A model generated the notes under the pieces. That model had not been told where the DNA came from and made no database searches. It saw nothing but the letters and a program-made list of their open reading frames with translations. Of a stretch of DNA of 64,000 bases, positions 41,571-55,373 are shown piece by piece. The stretch comes from the human T2T-CHM13v2.0 reference genome, Homo sapiens. The stretch's first letter is position 1. Each line of letters starts with the position of its first letter. The position numbers were made by a program, and so were the translations under genes. The stretch is from the NCBI RefSeq assembly GCF_009914755.1, contig NC_060927.1. One strand, 5' to 3'.

Positions 41571-43074
41571 AATTCTCTTATGGGTGTAAGTATTACCGGT
41601 GAAATCTGGTGGTAACTTGACTTAGCTTCCTAGCTTTCTAGCTTCAAGAGGCTTTTTAAAGTCCAATCTGAGATTCTGTATAAAAATATCTGGTGAAACA
41701 AGTTTAGAAAGGCCCATATAGTAAATTACCATTCTTGATGCACCTATGTAAATAGTTATGCCAAATGTAAAGAAATAGTTCTTATTTTATGATTAAGAAT
41801 AATTTTTATTTGAGGTTATTTTACATCGGAAGAGAAATGGTTATAGAGAGAAAAGTTATATTTCAGTGGAAAACTATGCATTCCCTATAGTTTGCACTTC
41901 TGAGTTATCAAATTGTAGTCCTGTTTTTTTTGTCTTTGAGCTCTTTTGAACCTCTTTTAAAATTGTGGGTAAATGATGGGTATGTAAACTCTGTCTTTTT
42001 CTGGTAGAGTTTTAATTGACTTCTTCCCTATCTGTGGCAAAACCAGTTTTGGCACCTACCTGTAAATTGAACTGGACATTGTTAGCTTGCCCAAATTGTC
42101 AATCATTCTTATATTTTTAATTCTTCCAGTTTCCTTCAAATATGGCTATAATTCATCAAACTTTTCAAATTTTTCTTCTTTCTATATGGCTTGGCATCAA
42201 GAACTAAAACATATGTTTTAAGAGTTGTAAACATATGTTTTAAGAGACTCTAGGTTGCCTGGTAGCTGACCCTTTCCCCCAGGATCTGAAAAATCTCCAT
42301 AAGCCAAACTCTGGCAATTTAATATACACCTGAGTACCTCAGCAGACCATGCATGGGCCATAATTCTCACTTGACAAGCTACTGTCTGGATAACTTTGGA
42401 TGTCTCGAAAAATGCTCTGGTCATGCATGCATGTGGGAGGTTGTTAATACTATGCATAACACCAGACAACTCCTATTCCTATGACTAGAGATTCATGAAA
42501 CTCTTTTCCATATTTTAAGCATTCCTTTTTTAAAGATGACTGATCCCCAGACTCTAAAACAACTGACCTTTGTCGTCACCTCTTAACAAATTGTTCAATC
42601 TACTTTAGAGGAAAAAAAATCAACAAGAGTTCTCCAGAGACTATTTCTTAGATCTTGTTCTGTCCCACTAAGGAGGTTTATGATCACTGTTAGGTTGTTC
42701 ACCAACAAATAACACTTGTCTTTATGAAAGGAAGAATTGACAATGCTAAACTTTATCTGAGTCCCGTGCTCCTGGGAAGAAGTGATGATTAAGAAGCCCA
42801 CCATCATTTTGTGTTTCTGAAATGTCTAATCACGGAGGATCACCTAATGCTTGCATGTTCCAAGATAAGATCAACCACTGTCTTTTCTCATGAGTCCCAT
42901 AAGAGTTGTGGATGACTTCCTTGTTTTTGACCTCTGTAAACCCTCAGGTCTCCTGCCTTTCACTTGAGATGTTCCTCTATAATGAATGTTTTCCCAATTG
43001 CAATAGCCTAAATAAAATAATCTCCACAATTGCCAATTGCATTTTGTTTATCACAACAATTACAGACCTTGGAA

Positions 43075-43110
<36 letters not shown>
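43075..43110. repeat. (TG)n microsatellite
   Basis: Direct reading. Confidence 0.93.
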
Positions 43111-43282
43111 TGTGTAAATCAAGGAAAAGAACTAATTTTCACTTTTTAAGAAAAATTAACGAGATAAGAGAAGCGTTGCAAAATGCAGAGTGCGTATTAA
43201 TCAATGTAAAGGAGTCAGTGCAAAGTAACTATGAGCATTAAGCCCCTCAGAAATTCTCTTTGAATATCTGGGAGGGCCTCAT

Positions 43283-43438
43283 AGTAGTGCTTCTCAAACT
43301 TTAATGTATGAACAACTCTTATAGGAGCTTCTTAAAATGAGATTCAGATTCAGTAGAGCTAGTGTAAGTTCCGTATTTTTGCTTTTCTCCCAGACCATGT
43401 TGATGCTGCTGTCCATGGTGCTCACTTTGAGTAGCAAA
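43283..43438. mobile_element. MER5-like MITE
   Basis: agtgcttctcaaactttaatg...cactttgagtagca. Confidence 0.75.
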
Positions 43439-45529
43439 TCTTTGCAGGACATGGAATGGAAGTTTGAGCTAATCTTTTCTGGAGCTCAGGGATGACCCTG
43501 GCTGACATTGAGTTATACAATCCACGCAATGATGTCAGTGTATGTTTTATCACTCTGCATATTTCAGAGAAACTTGAATCTATACCATATAGTCCACTCT
43601 CATGACAGTGTTAGGAGGAATAGCTGACTTGCAACTTTGTTCCCAGGAGGTAAAATTAATAACCACAGCAAAAGGTGGTGACTCCTTTCAAGGCTATCTC
43701 ACAATAGGTAAAATCAGTCAATAAGAGAACTGAGATTTTTCAAGCAATCGGTTTGATACAATATATCATAAATTTATATCTCATAAGTCATAATATATTG
43801 TAAATGCAGTTTTAACAGCTGCAGCCTTTACAGACTTTTAAAAGCATAGTGATTAACACTGCATTTCTTTTTAACAAAACAAAAGCAAATGTTTACTTTA
43901 GTTCTCCTATTGCTTTAAAAACAGGTATGAGGAATTGATGTTCATAGTATGGTACCAAAAGCAATATTAATATTTAAACAGTTTTCTGCACATGCAGAAT
44001 TATATTGTCTCTAAACATATGATATCTTGGCTTCTTATATGTATGTGGCTATCTAAATGCAGATTTTTTTTTGCAGCTAGACCTTGCTCCATCCAATTAC
44101 ACAGCCAGGCAGCAGACACTGTACTCATCTCCAGGATAAATTCCCATTAGACAGCATGAGATTGAATTTACAGTACAGCTTGAGCCTTTCTAGCACAGAT
44201 TATATTTTCAAATTTACAGTGTACTGTTTCACATGAGATGACTGATTCATTACAGATGCATTACAGTGAGGCCGTTTTTTCTTGTGTCCCCACTGTGTTT
44301 TTGGACCTAGGAAATTCATACCAACTGTACATTGGTATTCACTTTGATGTAAAACAAAGTTCCTGATGTCTAAATTTCAAGGAGTTCTGGAAGAGTTATA
44401 TACACAAATATGGTTAACAGAAACGAGAATTTTGAGCACATAAATCCTCCATCATAATTTTGAAATTATTTCCCTAGTGAATTCACCCATATGCCCACAA
44501 CCTTCAAATATAATAGAAAGTAATGGCTACTATTGTCACACTTTTCACAAGAGAGGATTGAATTGCAATGCATTGCAAGGAGAGAGAAATAGACTAGAGG
44601 TGCTTAAACGATTTTGGTGACCTAATGAGATAAGGAAAGTGAGCATATTTAATAGTGCAGTGAGCAGCAACATTATTACCTTTTATTTGTAGAGATAAGA
44701 GGGAGTGTGTGTGTGTATGTGTGTGTGCACTCACACTTGGGTATGTAGCTAAGGTCAGTCAAACTGTATCTAGGCTAATAAAAGATAGTTTTAAAAAACC
44801 TATCCTTAATCCTTACAATTAAGGATTCTATTTATACATTTCTATTTGTGCATTTAAAAGAGAAATGCTTTGTTTGATTTAAAAATATATATTCATTTAC
44901 TTAGGGTCATATTTCTAGAATTCAAAGAATGTAGGTTTACCCTTTGTGTCCCCAGCGTAAGAGTCACATTGCACGTGCTCAGCAGTTACAGAATATTATT
45001 ATTCTAAGTGAGTTTTCAATAGCTCACCTACATAGCAGATTAGGCAAAGATAAAAGAAGAAAAAAAAGTAACTGCAGGACACTTTACTTTTTTGTGATAA
45101 TCTGGCAAAGTTATATGTTTTGATACTGACAAAGCAAATCAATGACTTTGGTACTTGTTATCATTCTCTATCAATTCCACTTTCTTTCACCCCTTATTTC
45201 AAAATTTCTCTTGTCCAAAAGTCAACAAATTGTGCCTCACCAATTTCTAGGCTCACTATAAAAAAATCCAGTAACACAAACAACCCTATGGAGTTTGATG
45301 CCTGTAGCACTGAATTTATGATACATAAGTTCATCTGTATTTCTGATATTTGGTCAGCAAGTATTGCCTCCATGGTTACTCCAGATTTTCGCAAACTCTC
45401 AAGTCTTCCACTCAACTTCTAGCTTCTTCTCTCTTTACAGATACTCATTTAATTCACAGAAGGCATGGGGACCAATGTCTCCATATTCAAAGCTGTCTTG
45501 TATTTATAGTAAGACAAATACACCACCTC

Positions 45530-46130
45530 TAAGTAATAACAATTTTTCTTTTCTTTTTAATTATTTATGTCTTATTTTTCTTTCATACTATATTCCAATG
45601 ATTTCAATTTCCAGGAATAATGTTAAATAATGTTGTTTCTAAATTTAATGCAGCCTTCAAAAATATTTCACCATTAAATATGATGTTTCTCTAAGTTAAT
45701 TTTCTTGTATTTTATTTATACTTATTTGATATTTCTTTTATCTGGCTTCTCTAATTGGATTCTGCTTAGTCCATTAATTTCTAAAGATATTCCTTCCTTT
45801 CTAAATATATTTTAGTCCATTTATTTGTTTTGGGGGGGTATTATTTGAGCTACATCCTATAAATTTTGATACAAAGTGCTTTCATTGTCATTCATTTTTA
45901 AAATTTCATACATAATTTTATTTAGAATGAGGTTTTATAATTTTTAATATATTTTTATGAGAGAAAAGGGGAATCTTACATGTTGATTAGAATATATGAC
46001 CTGCCTGGTTTTAAATTTTGGAATTTAAAATTTTGTTTGTGAACAAATACATAACCAATTTTGTATGTGTTTAATAGATGTTTTAAAAACCTGTTATAGT
46101 TTAAGATCTATTACTTATTGGATTCTTTCA
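45530..46130 (-). mobile_element. Very old L1M fragments
   Basis: T-rich, tttcaccattaaatatgatgtt, aaattttgatacaaagtgctttcattgtcattca. Confidence 0.5.
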
Positions 46131-46145
46131 CTGAGATCATAATAA

Positions 46146-46689
46146 TGTATAGGGGAGAAAAAGATAATTCTTACTCTACATTTATAAGTTTTTGGTTGGA
46201 ACTCCCTGCAACAAAAGATAGATTAACAAGAGAAAAACAAACAAGTTTATTAACGTCTATACTTCAGGTGAACATGAGGGATACCCAGGGAAAAATAAAT
46301 AACTCGGAATTCAGGTATATGTAGCATCTTCACCTAAAAGCAAAAAATAAGAAGGCTGTGGCAGAGGTCAGTTAGGAAAGGTGACCAGGAGAAGCATGGC
46401 AAACAAAAGTAAGGTTTGTTACGCAGATTTCAGTTACCACCTTCCACATTGATAAGAGTCTTTTGTTATTTAGCCATCCTTGTCTTCCTGATACAAAGAG
46501 AGAGAAACCCCCATAAATGGAGATTTCCTTTATAGATATAAATTTCTCTTACAAAAGGGTAATTTCTACTGTGTTTTCAGAGCTTATGCTATTTCTCAGA
46601 ATAATCAGTTCAAAACAATTCTTATGGTAAAGAGGCATTTTTGGTTTTCTACAGTCTTATTTTGTGGTAGCATATTATAGCCTCCTACA
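46146..46689 (-). mobile_element. MER34/MER39-like ERV1 solo LTR
   Basis: agattaacaagagaaaaacaaacaagtttattaa, gtttgttacgcagattt, ends cctcctaca. Confidence 0.8.
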
Positions 46690-47196
46690 AATGCCCACCT
46701 TTTTGTTCTTAAACTCTTCCAGGACTTTGGGATCCTCTTCTAGGTAGGTAGCTCCTCCTCCTTTTTCCTTGTAAGTCTTTGAAAAAGTGAACACTTGTTG
46801 AATCTACTTCCACACTTTCTGTTCACTCTTCAATATTTTGTAGTCTGCTGTTCATTTCCAAAAGGCAACCCCAGTTACCAATCTAATTTCTTAATTGCTA
46901 CATCCAGTGGCCCCTTCACAGTCCTTATCTACCTTAGTTGTCTCAATTTGTAGCCACAGTTTGGAGAATAAAACTTTACAATTAATTTTCCACTCTAAGA
47001 ATATATGTCTTCTTTTATAAGTCTCATTTTAGAAAGAGACTATTTAATTTTCTTAAGGTTTAAACGAGTAGTGAGGTGATAGGGAATGAAGAAAAAATAG
47101 TTAATATGTTTCTATTGGAGAAATAAAGAGTGGAATATTAAAATTTATCTGCAGCTCAAGATTTAAACTAAGTCACTGTAAAATTCTTGCTGCATG

Positions 47197-47700
47197 TGTC
47201 GAAAGATGAAATTGCAACAAATTTAGTTTAGAGATCTAAATTGCCTGTATTGTAATTCTAGAATCGGGTAACACTTCATTCCACAAACTATAATAAGTGT
47301 TCCAATGAGTTGAGTGGAGGAGGTTGGGTTTATAAACAGAAAAAGGGCTGAAGAAAGCAGAAATAAAGAACAAAAAGCAGACTGATCATTTCAAAGTCAT
47401 TTTCCTTGTAAGGCAGGTGCAGGAAGACAGAACAATAGAACGATAACTGATTGGTTAACTCTTGGTGGTAGAGATTAAAAGAGAGGGAACTTAATTTTCA
47501 TGAAGTTTGAAGAATGAAACTGGCCTGTTTGGGAAATTAGGCTGTTATCTGTCCCTCTTGATTGCTAGGAAGGACAGATAACAATTCAGTTTTGCTTTGG
47601 TGAGCACAGGTGATTTGATTTTGATTTTGAGTATGGTCTCTTGAGGTCTAATGTAGGAATTTATTCCAAAGCTACCGCCTCCTATGATTTTTGTTTAACA
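47197..47700 (-). mobile_element. ERV1-class solo LTR (MER4-group)
   Basis: TG...CA, 504 bp, perfect 4-bp TSD catg (47193-47196, 47701-47704). Confidence 0.82.
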
Positions 47701-49464
47701 CATGGTTTCAGCATTCTGGCTCCCCTGCTGTCACACATATCTTTGCTCTGTGCACCTCTACAGGTCAATTTGGAAGCAAGGGGAAGAGGCAAGTTTGGAA
47801 CATTGGGTCAGCCTGACAGATTCTCATTCATGTCTTGTTCTTTAGCACAGGGGCTTTCTCTGTCCAAAATACCTTTGTTTCCACAGCTTCCATGATAATT
47901 TCACTTGCAGAGCTGCTGGAACTCTAGCGCTGGAAAACATACCATGTGGTGTTCTTCTGACATCAACTTTCTTGGTGCCAGGACAGAGGATGGGGGAATA
48001 GATGCAGAATGTGTATGACACTGCAGGGTCCAGCCTCTAGGTCTGATTGATGCATGCGGATTAAGTAGAGGAAGACTAAAGGACACAGATCAGGGTACTG
48101 AAGTCCAGGCGTAAATCTGGAGAAATCATTCAACTAAAATAGCTAGTAAAAGCAGAGTAATAGGGAACAGTAAAGAAAAAATACTTGATTCCTCAGCACA
48201 TTTCTGATCCAGTCAGGAGCTTTTTATATGATTCCTGCTTAGGTAGAAGGAGACGGTTGCAGAAAATGTACAGGGTGTGGAAGTTACAAGAGCGACGGGG
48301 GAGCAACTAAAGGCAGATTTGGCATTTCACATAGTGAGCTCTGAGTTTGTTTTGAGAGAATCATTTCTTACTTCTTTCTCTTCCTTCATGATCCTTGAAG
48401 CAGCAGAAGTCATTTTTACATAAATTTCTTTCCCCTTGATTATAGAAATGTTGATGGAACTTTTGAAGATGTTTAAGTGTTTTACATCCCCAAATAACAT
48501 AAACAACAAATGAACTGGATTACCATATGAAAAATGACAGGTTTTTTCCTTTTTCTTGCATTAAAGTTAACAGGATGCAGAAAACCTATTGTTACTTGTT
48601 ACTCCTGTTTGCACATTAAAAATAACACATATAAGCGAAGTTTGGGTCAAACTGGGCTTCTATTCTTCAGTCCTTGTCTTGTTCAAGGTTGTTGTGTTAC
48701 TCTTTCAGGATACACTTGAGAAGTATCTGCTGACATTTAGAAAAAAATGAGATTCTTTGTTATAAATCATGTAAGCACAGTGTTCCTTTCTTTTTTTCAT
48801 ACAAAGTGAGAAAATAGAAATTTACCAGGTTAGAATGAAATTTAACAGACTCTGTGATAATTAACAGCTCAGTGTTTAGATCATAATTCCTTGCTTCTTT
48901 TATTTCAGCAGAAATAACCATCAACCTTGAAGCTGGAACATGTCATAAAAGGGGAGATTGAATTCATGGACTGGGAGTTGGAGGCCCTTTAGGAGGCTAC
49001 TGCAGAAACGTGTGTTTTGCTATGACCTTTGGTGTTATAAAAAATTATAGGTTCCTCCCATCGGTTTCTAATTTTCTTATCCCAAACTTTCTCAACACGA
49101 GATGGTTTCAAGTGGTCACTATACTTGAGCTCAGAATAATTATAATAGGGCATGTGGTGGCCAGGACAGAAAAGTGACTGAGTGACTGTGGGAACTGACA
49201 AATATTTATTTTAGTTTGTGATATTGTGACTCGCTGTATTACGGGTTCAAAATCTTCTCAAAGACTAATTCTTGTTCTGATCTTTCAGGATTTTTTTTTA
49301 ATGCTCTATTTTACTAAACAGTGTAATATTCAAAAGGCATTTAGAATTTACTGATTGTCTACTATATGCCTGGCATTTATATGAGAGTTAAGATTATAAA
49401 AAAGACAGTCAACTAAACTTTTATCAGAGTTTAGTTGTCAGTCTCCTATGACAGAACCATATGG

Positions 49465-49820
49465 AGTTATCCTGTCTAAAATGGTAGCCAGTTGCTACAT
49501 GTGGCTAATGAGCACTTGAAATGTGGCTAGTCTGAATTGAGGTATATTGTAAATATAAATTACACTCTGAAATTTGAAGGATTAGTATGGGAAAATTTAA
49601 CATTTCTATTAATAATTTTTATTATTGCTGAAATAATATTTCAGCAAGTAATCAGTATAAAAATTATTAATAGAAATGTTAATAAACATTAACAGTAGTT
49701 GGGTTAAATTTAATAGTAAAGTTGATTTCACAGGTTTTTTAATGTGGCTGCTAGAAATTTTAAGATTATATAAGGTACTTGTATTTGCGGCTCACATATA
49801 TTTTGACTGGACATCACTAG
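49465..49820. mobile_element. MER33/MER3-like hAT-Charlie element
   Basis: gctacatgtggctaatgagcacttgaaatgtggctagtctgaattgag...aatgtggctgctagaaattt. Confidence 0.85.
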
Positions 49821-49870
49821 TCTAGGATGTTTGTTAAAATAGCAAGTCATCATGTTCCATTTACAGACAT

Positions 49871-50619
49871 TGTGACCACCCAAAGTGTTCACCTTGCCTA
49901 CTGCCTAAACAGAGCCAATTTAACTAGATTGGCTCCCCTAGACAGGGGAATTGCAATGGAGAAAGAGTAATTCATGCAGAGCCAGCTGTGTGGGAGACCA
50001 GAGTTTTATTATTACTCAAATCAGTCTCCTTGAGCATTCAGGCATCAGAGTTTTTAAAGATAATTTGGCTGGTAGGGGGCTTGGAAAGTGGGGAGTGATG
50101 ATTGGTCAGGTTGGAGATGGAATCATAGTGGGGGTTGAAGTGAGATTTTCTTGCTGTTTTCTGCTCCAGGGTGAGATCACAGAACTGGTTGAGCCAGATT
50201 ACTGGTCTGGGTGTTGTTAGTTGATCCACCGAGGCAGGGTCTGCAAAATATCTCAAGCACCGATCTTAGGTTTTACAATAGTGATGTTCTCCCCAGGAGC
50301 AATTTGAGGAGGTTCAGACTCTTGCAGCCAGAGACTGCATAACCCCTAAACAGTAATGTCTAATCTTGTAGCTAATTTGTTAGTCCTACAAAGGCAGACT
50401 GGTCCCAGGTAAGACGGGGTTCTTTTTGGGAAAGAGATATTATTAATTTTGTTTCAGAGTCAGACTATAAATTAAATCCCTTTCCAAGGTTAGTTCAGCC
50501 TGTGCCCAGAAATGAATAAGGACAGCTTAAATGTTAGAAGGAAGATGGAGTCAGTTAGTTCTCATCTCTGTCACTGTCATAATTTCCTCAGCTATAATTT
50601 TTTTTTAAAGGCAGTTTCA
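49871..50619 (-). mobile_element. LTR8-like solo LTR
   Basis: gagttttattattactcaaatcagtctcc, aaaggcagtttca end; perfect TSD acat (49867-49870, 50620-50623). Confidence 0.9.
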
Positions 50620-50779
50620 ACATTCTGAGTCAGGTCTGTGGCTGGGAACCAGAAATCTATATTTTCAAACAAGCACCTCAGATGTGATCTAAGGACCATA
50701 CTTTGAAAACAAAAAACCTTGAGTGCAGGGTTAGTCATAGAGACAGACAACTGAGTAATAAAGAAAAGTGATTAAAGAA

Positions 50780-51170
50780 TAATAAAGGCTATGGCAAAAG
50801 AAAGTTCAGTGTACTATAAAATGCTACATTGAGAATTTTGAGTAAGAGAAGGTGAGTCAAAGTAAGTTTTCCAGAGAAATAAACTGAGTCCTAAATACTG
50901 AGAAGGAGTTAGCCAGGCGAAGATGAGGTCTTTATTCCAAGTAGAGACCAGTGCAAAGGTCAGAGGTGAAAGCAAGGCAGCTTGGTGCATTGCAGGAACT
51001 AAAATTTATTATGTGGCTGGAGAGGGATGATGGAAGTTGGGAAAAATAGAGATGATTCAAGAAAAATCGGTCATGAGGAACTTGTAAACCATGTTATGAG
51101 ATCTGGATTTTATCTTAAGGTAACAGAACATTATTGAAAAGATTTTAAGGAATGCAGTGGCGCTATAAAA
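50780..51170 (-). mobile_element. L2 fragment
   Basis: gaaggagttagccaggcgaag, tgcaaaggtcagagg, ggattttatcttaag. Confidence 0.65.
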
Positions 51171-51537
51171 TGAGTAGTAGGAACACCTTGTAGTCAGGGA
51201 TGCGTCAATTACAATGTTGTCATGGAATTGAAGTGTGAGAATATTCACTTGAAGTTACTTTGTTTTTAATATAGACTATGAATCTTATGATTTTGTCTCC
51301 TCTTTGTTGTGATGACTTAGAAATGTAAATGCAAATTTGTGACTCTGTTTAGCCTTATACATGACAGAATGGTTTAAATTTCTGTGTTACAGTTTTATGA
51401 ATGAAATTACCATTTTTCTCCCCTTAAATTCCTTTGACTCCCATATTCTCAATTAGTTTGTGTTTTGTGCAATTTTAAACAACCTCACTTTGTGTGTGTT
51501 GTGAATAAAGCAAGATATAAATAAATATGGAGTAATC

Positions 51538-51888
51538 TTTTATTTTATTTAATTTTTTATTTTTATTTTACTTTAAGTTCTGGGATACATGTGCTGAATG
51601 TGCAGGTTTGTTACATAGGTATACATGTGCCATGATGGTTTGCTGCACCTATTAACCCGTCATCTAGGCTTTAAAGCCCCGCATGCGTTGGCTATTTATC
51701 CTAATGCTCTCCCTTCTCTTGCTCCCCAGCCCCCGACAGGTCCCATGTGTGATGTTCCTCCCTCTGTGTCCATGTGTTCTCATTGTTCAACTTCCACTTA
51801 TGAGTGAAAACATGTGGTGTTTGGTTTTCTGTTCCTGTGTTAGTTTGCTGAGGATGATGGTTTCCAGCTTCATCTATGTCCGTGCAAA
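51538..51888 (-). mobile_element. L1PA (PA7/8-like) 3' end, 5'-truncated
   Basis: tactttaagttctgggatacatgtgc...tagtttgctgaggatgatggtttccagcttcatc. Confidence 0.93.
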
Positions 51889-52669
51889 ATCTGACTGCAA
51901 AAACATGCTGTACAAACTAAAGATGTGATTATTATAAGTCTGTTAAAAAAAACTGTAAAAATTAAGAAGAAGAAGAATACATTTCCTTGTAAGCTAAAGA
52001 TTTTGCCTTGCTTAATCTATAGTATTTATGACTAACCTAACAAGAATTGCTACCCCTGTTGCATGCAGAATGTTCTGCTAGGCTACAAGTAATGGCTATT
52101 TATTGTTGATTTTTTCAAAGGGATTTAATAATCTGTTTGTGGGTTTTTTTGGCATATTACTTATCAGGTATGAGCTCATCAATTTAATTTATTTACATTT
52201 TCTATAATATAAATTCCCCAAACTTGTTTTCCATTACCTAACAATCATGTGGGACCTAGCTTTTGATAAAAATGCTATCAATCTCTTATATTGATCTTTC
52301 CAAACTGGATGATAAAGTTATCCTTTTTTTTATATCTTTATAGTCACATGGGGAATTTATTTCATATATAGTAACAGAAGCTGGCATTTGTATGATAATT
52401 TCCATTTATTGCATCCATTATCTTCTAACCCAGTGAATTACAGAATTCTGGAGATATTGTTCTGAGGATTTCTTCCTGAGCTAGGAAAGAGTATATATCC
52501 CAGACCAAATTACAAGGTGTTTCCTCAGCTTTTTCATGGCAAGGTTTTAAAATTGGTGTGGAGCATTGTTACAGAGAAGTTGAAATTGTTTCTGTGCTTT
52601 TAACTTTTATTTTATTAGAAAAGTGTAACTGTTCATTATAAAGTAATGCATGTCAGTTAAAACTTTAGG

Positions 52670-54120
52670 AGCCTGCCCTGGTTTCCACAACACTGTACAC
52701 TCCTTGTTTACTTCCACCTCCCTGACAATTCCTCCCAGTTTATTTTGCTGGCTCCCTTTTCCTTCCTCAGCTGCAAATTTGGCATTCTTAAGGCCTCAGC
52801 CCGTAACCTTTTATCCCCCTTTCTCTATCTACATGAACTCTTTATGTGGTCTGTGTTAATCCTCTGGATTTAAATACATCTGTATACTGATGACTCAGAA
52901 ATATAAATCTCTAGTACTAACCTTTTCCTTAAGTTCCAGACTTCTATATCTATTTAGATTTTTCATAGGCATCTCAAATTAACAAGTCCAAAAGAGAACT
53001 TTAAATTTCTTCCCTTCTAAACTTGCATCTTCCTAGTCTTTTTTTATCTCAGAAGTAATATTTTCCACCCATTGTTCAGATTAGACCTACAGGCCATTTA
53101 AAATTCCTCTCTTTTCCATTTTAAATGATGAAGATAAGGATAACTCACATTTATTGAGAATTTTAATGCCCATCAGGCCCTCTTCTAAGGACTTCAATTC
53201 TAAAAACTAGGGACAATTATTATCTCCATCTTATAGATGGGAAAACTGAGGTACAAAGAGATGATTAAACTTGTCCACTAAGTGGCTGAGTTGAGATTCA
53301 ATTAGGAGAAAGGCCTGTTGATTCTACCTGCAAGGTTTATCCAGAATTTGTCCATGTATCTGCATTTTTGCTGCTAATAAATGTAGTTGACATCATAATC
53401 CCTCTCATCTGGACCACCTCAACATCTCCAACCAACTTCTGTTCTTTTTCTAATTCAAACCACTTTGTAATGGTCTTTTCATATGCATGTCAAGTTGAAG
53501 TAGTCCATTGACTTCCCATGGAACTCAGAAAAAAAAGTAAGTTTTTCATAGGGTGTTGTACAAGGTCCTACACAATTAGGTCTCCAACCTCCCCAACTTC
53601 ACTTGACCCATTCTTCTTTCCCTCGTTCTCTAGACAAGAGCCATACAGGCCTTTTAAGTTTTTGAGACAACGAAACTTGTTCATACCGCAAAGCCTTTAT
53701 AGTTGCTATTCCCTCTTCCTGGCATGATCTTTTCTCGGCTTGTTGAATTTCTAGCTCCTTCTCATCATTGAGGTTTCACCTCATTTGTTATCTCCTTAGA
53801 GTCAATGCTTCAGTCACAGCCCACTCCCACACTCACATGCTATCCCATTATCCTGTTTTATCTTCTTCAGAGTACTTACTTGTGCTAATATTACCTTATG
53901 GTTTGTGTAATTATTTACCATCCTGACCTAGACCCTAACTAGACTGTAAACACAGTGTTAGCAGAAACTCAGAGCTGTATTACCAGAGTTCCTGCCAACA
54001 CAGCATTTACAGTTTAGTTAGAGTCAAGAGCAAGATGTGTGCAGGCTCACAACTCTATCATCAGTTCTAGACAATTGCTTGGAAAAAGAGTAGGCACTTA
54101 ATAAATATTTATTACTAAAT
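52670..54120 (+). mobile_element. L2 fragments with embedded MIR (~53135-53300, minus)
   Basis: ctgatgactc, ggcatctcaaattaacaagtccaaaa, gtaggcacttaataaatattt; MIR core ccatcttatagatgggaaaactgagg. Confidence 0.75.
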
Positions 54121-54293
54121 ATGTTTTACTTTCCTGAGTTGTCCAAAGATGAGTAACTACTACTGCTGCTGCTGTTGTGACTTTGTGGCCTGGCTGAACC
54201 AATACATTTGACACAATATCCCCAAGGAACTTTTAACCACAAAAAGACAATTTATAATTTGTTTGTCAATTTTTTAAAGATACAGCTCAAGAG

Positions 54294-54400
54294 GACTAGG
54301 ACTAGGGTAAGGTGAAAGAGGCACTTGCATCAGGCACAAAATTTAAGGAGGAGTCAAAAAACTTGGTGATAATAGTTTAATGCAACATTAAAGAAGAATC
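54294..54400. mobile_element. MER96-like hAT fragment
   Basis: ggactagggtaaggtgaaagaggcacttgcatcaggcacaaaatttaagg. Confidence 0.65.
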
Positions 54401-54802
54401 AAATCAGCAAAAAATGACCTAAATTAAAGACTGCCTGCTATTGTAAATAAAGTTTTAAGCTTGCACTAGATTCTGTCATCCATGAGGATCCATGAGAGCA
54501 GAGCTTTGTTTACCAGTTTTCCTATTGCTTGCCTAGAAGAGTTCTGGTCACATAGTAGACATTTAATAAATGTTGATGAATTTATTGAGGATTTATTTGA
54601 TGAATTACTACTAAGTAATTTTTGATTTGAGAAAAAAATATGAATACCCACTATGGGTAAAGCACTGAACTTTTTATTATAAACTAAAACAAACCTTGAG
54701 ATGTAGCCCATGCCCTCAAGAGAGGGTCTGAAGATCACAAAAGGGAGTTTATAATTATGAAACGCCAGTCAAGAGTCAAGAAAAACACTTTCTTCAGCTT
54801 TC

Positions 54803-55142
<340 letters not shown>

Positions 55143-55373
55143 TTCTTCAGCTTTCTGTGTTACTTTGATGGCTTTTTCTCTCTCCCAATCTCCTACATTG
55201 ATTTTGTTGTTGTTATCCTAAAGACCATCTTTTTTCTTTCTATCTTGCTTTTCTTTTCCTGGTCTCTTTCCCATTTCTATTTCCCAGGGCAAGTATAATA
55301 TAGTTAAATGTGTGAAATGGGGAAAAAAGAACATAGTCAAAACAATTTGTCTTCCTGGAATTAAGGCTAAGTG

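Larger units (their letters stand above)
35663..43055 (+). mobile_element. Old ERV1-class (MER4-group-like) non-coding provirus: 5' LTR ~35663-36449, internal region, 3' LTR ending ~43055
   Basis: Homologous LTR 3' ends (ttgagatg...taatgaat...gcaatagc...taaaat.atctcc..aattg...tcaca) at ~36290-36449 and ~42937-43055; PBS-like sequence follows first LTR; 5' boundary and TSD uncertain. Confidence 0.7.

Noticed and set aside
45120-45422. Overlapping ORFs on both strands as a pseudogene fragment
   Set aside because: No family recognised; compatible with chance or an extremely decayed LINE
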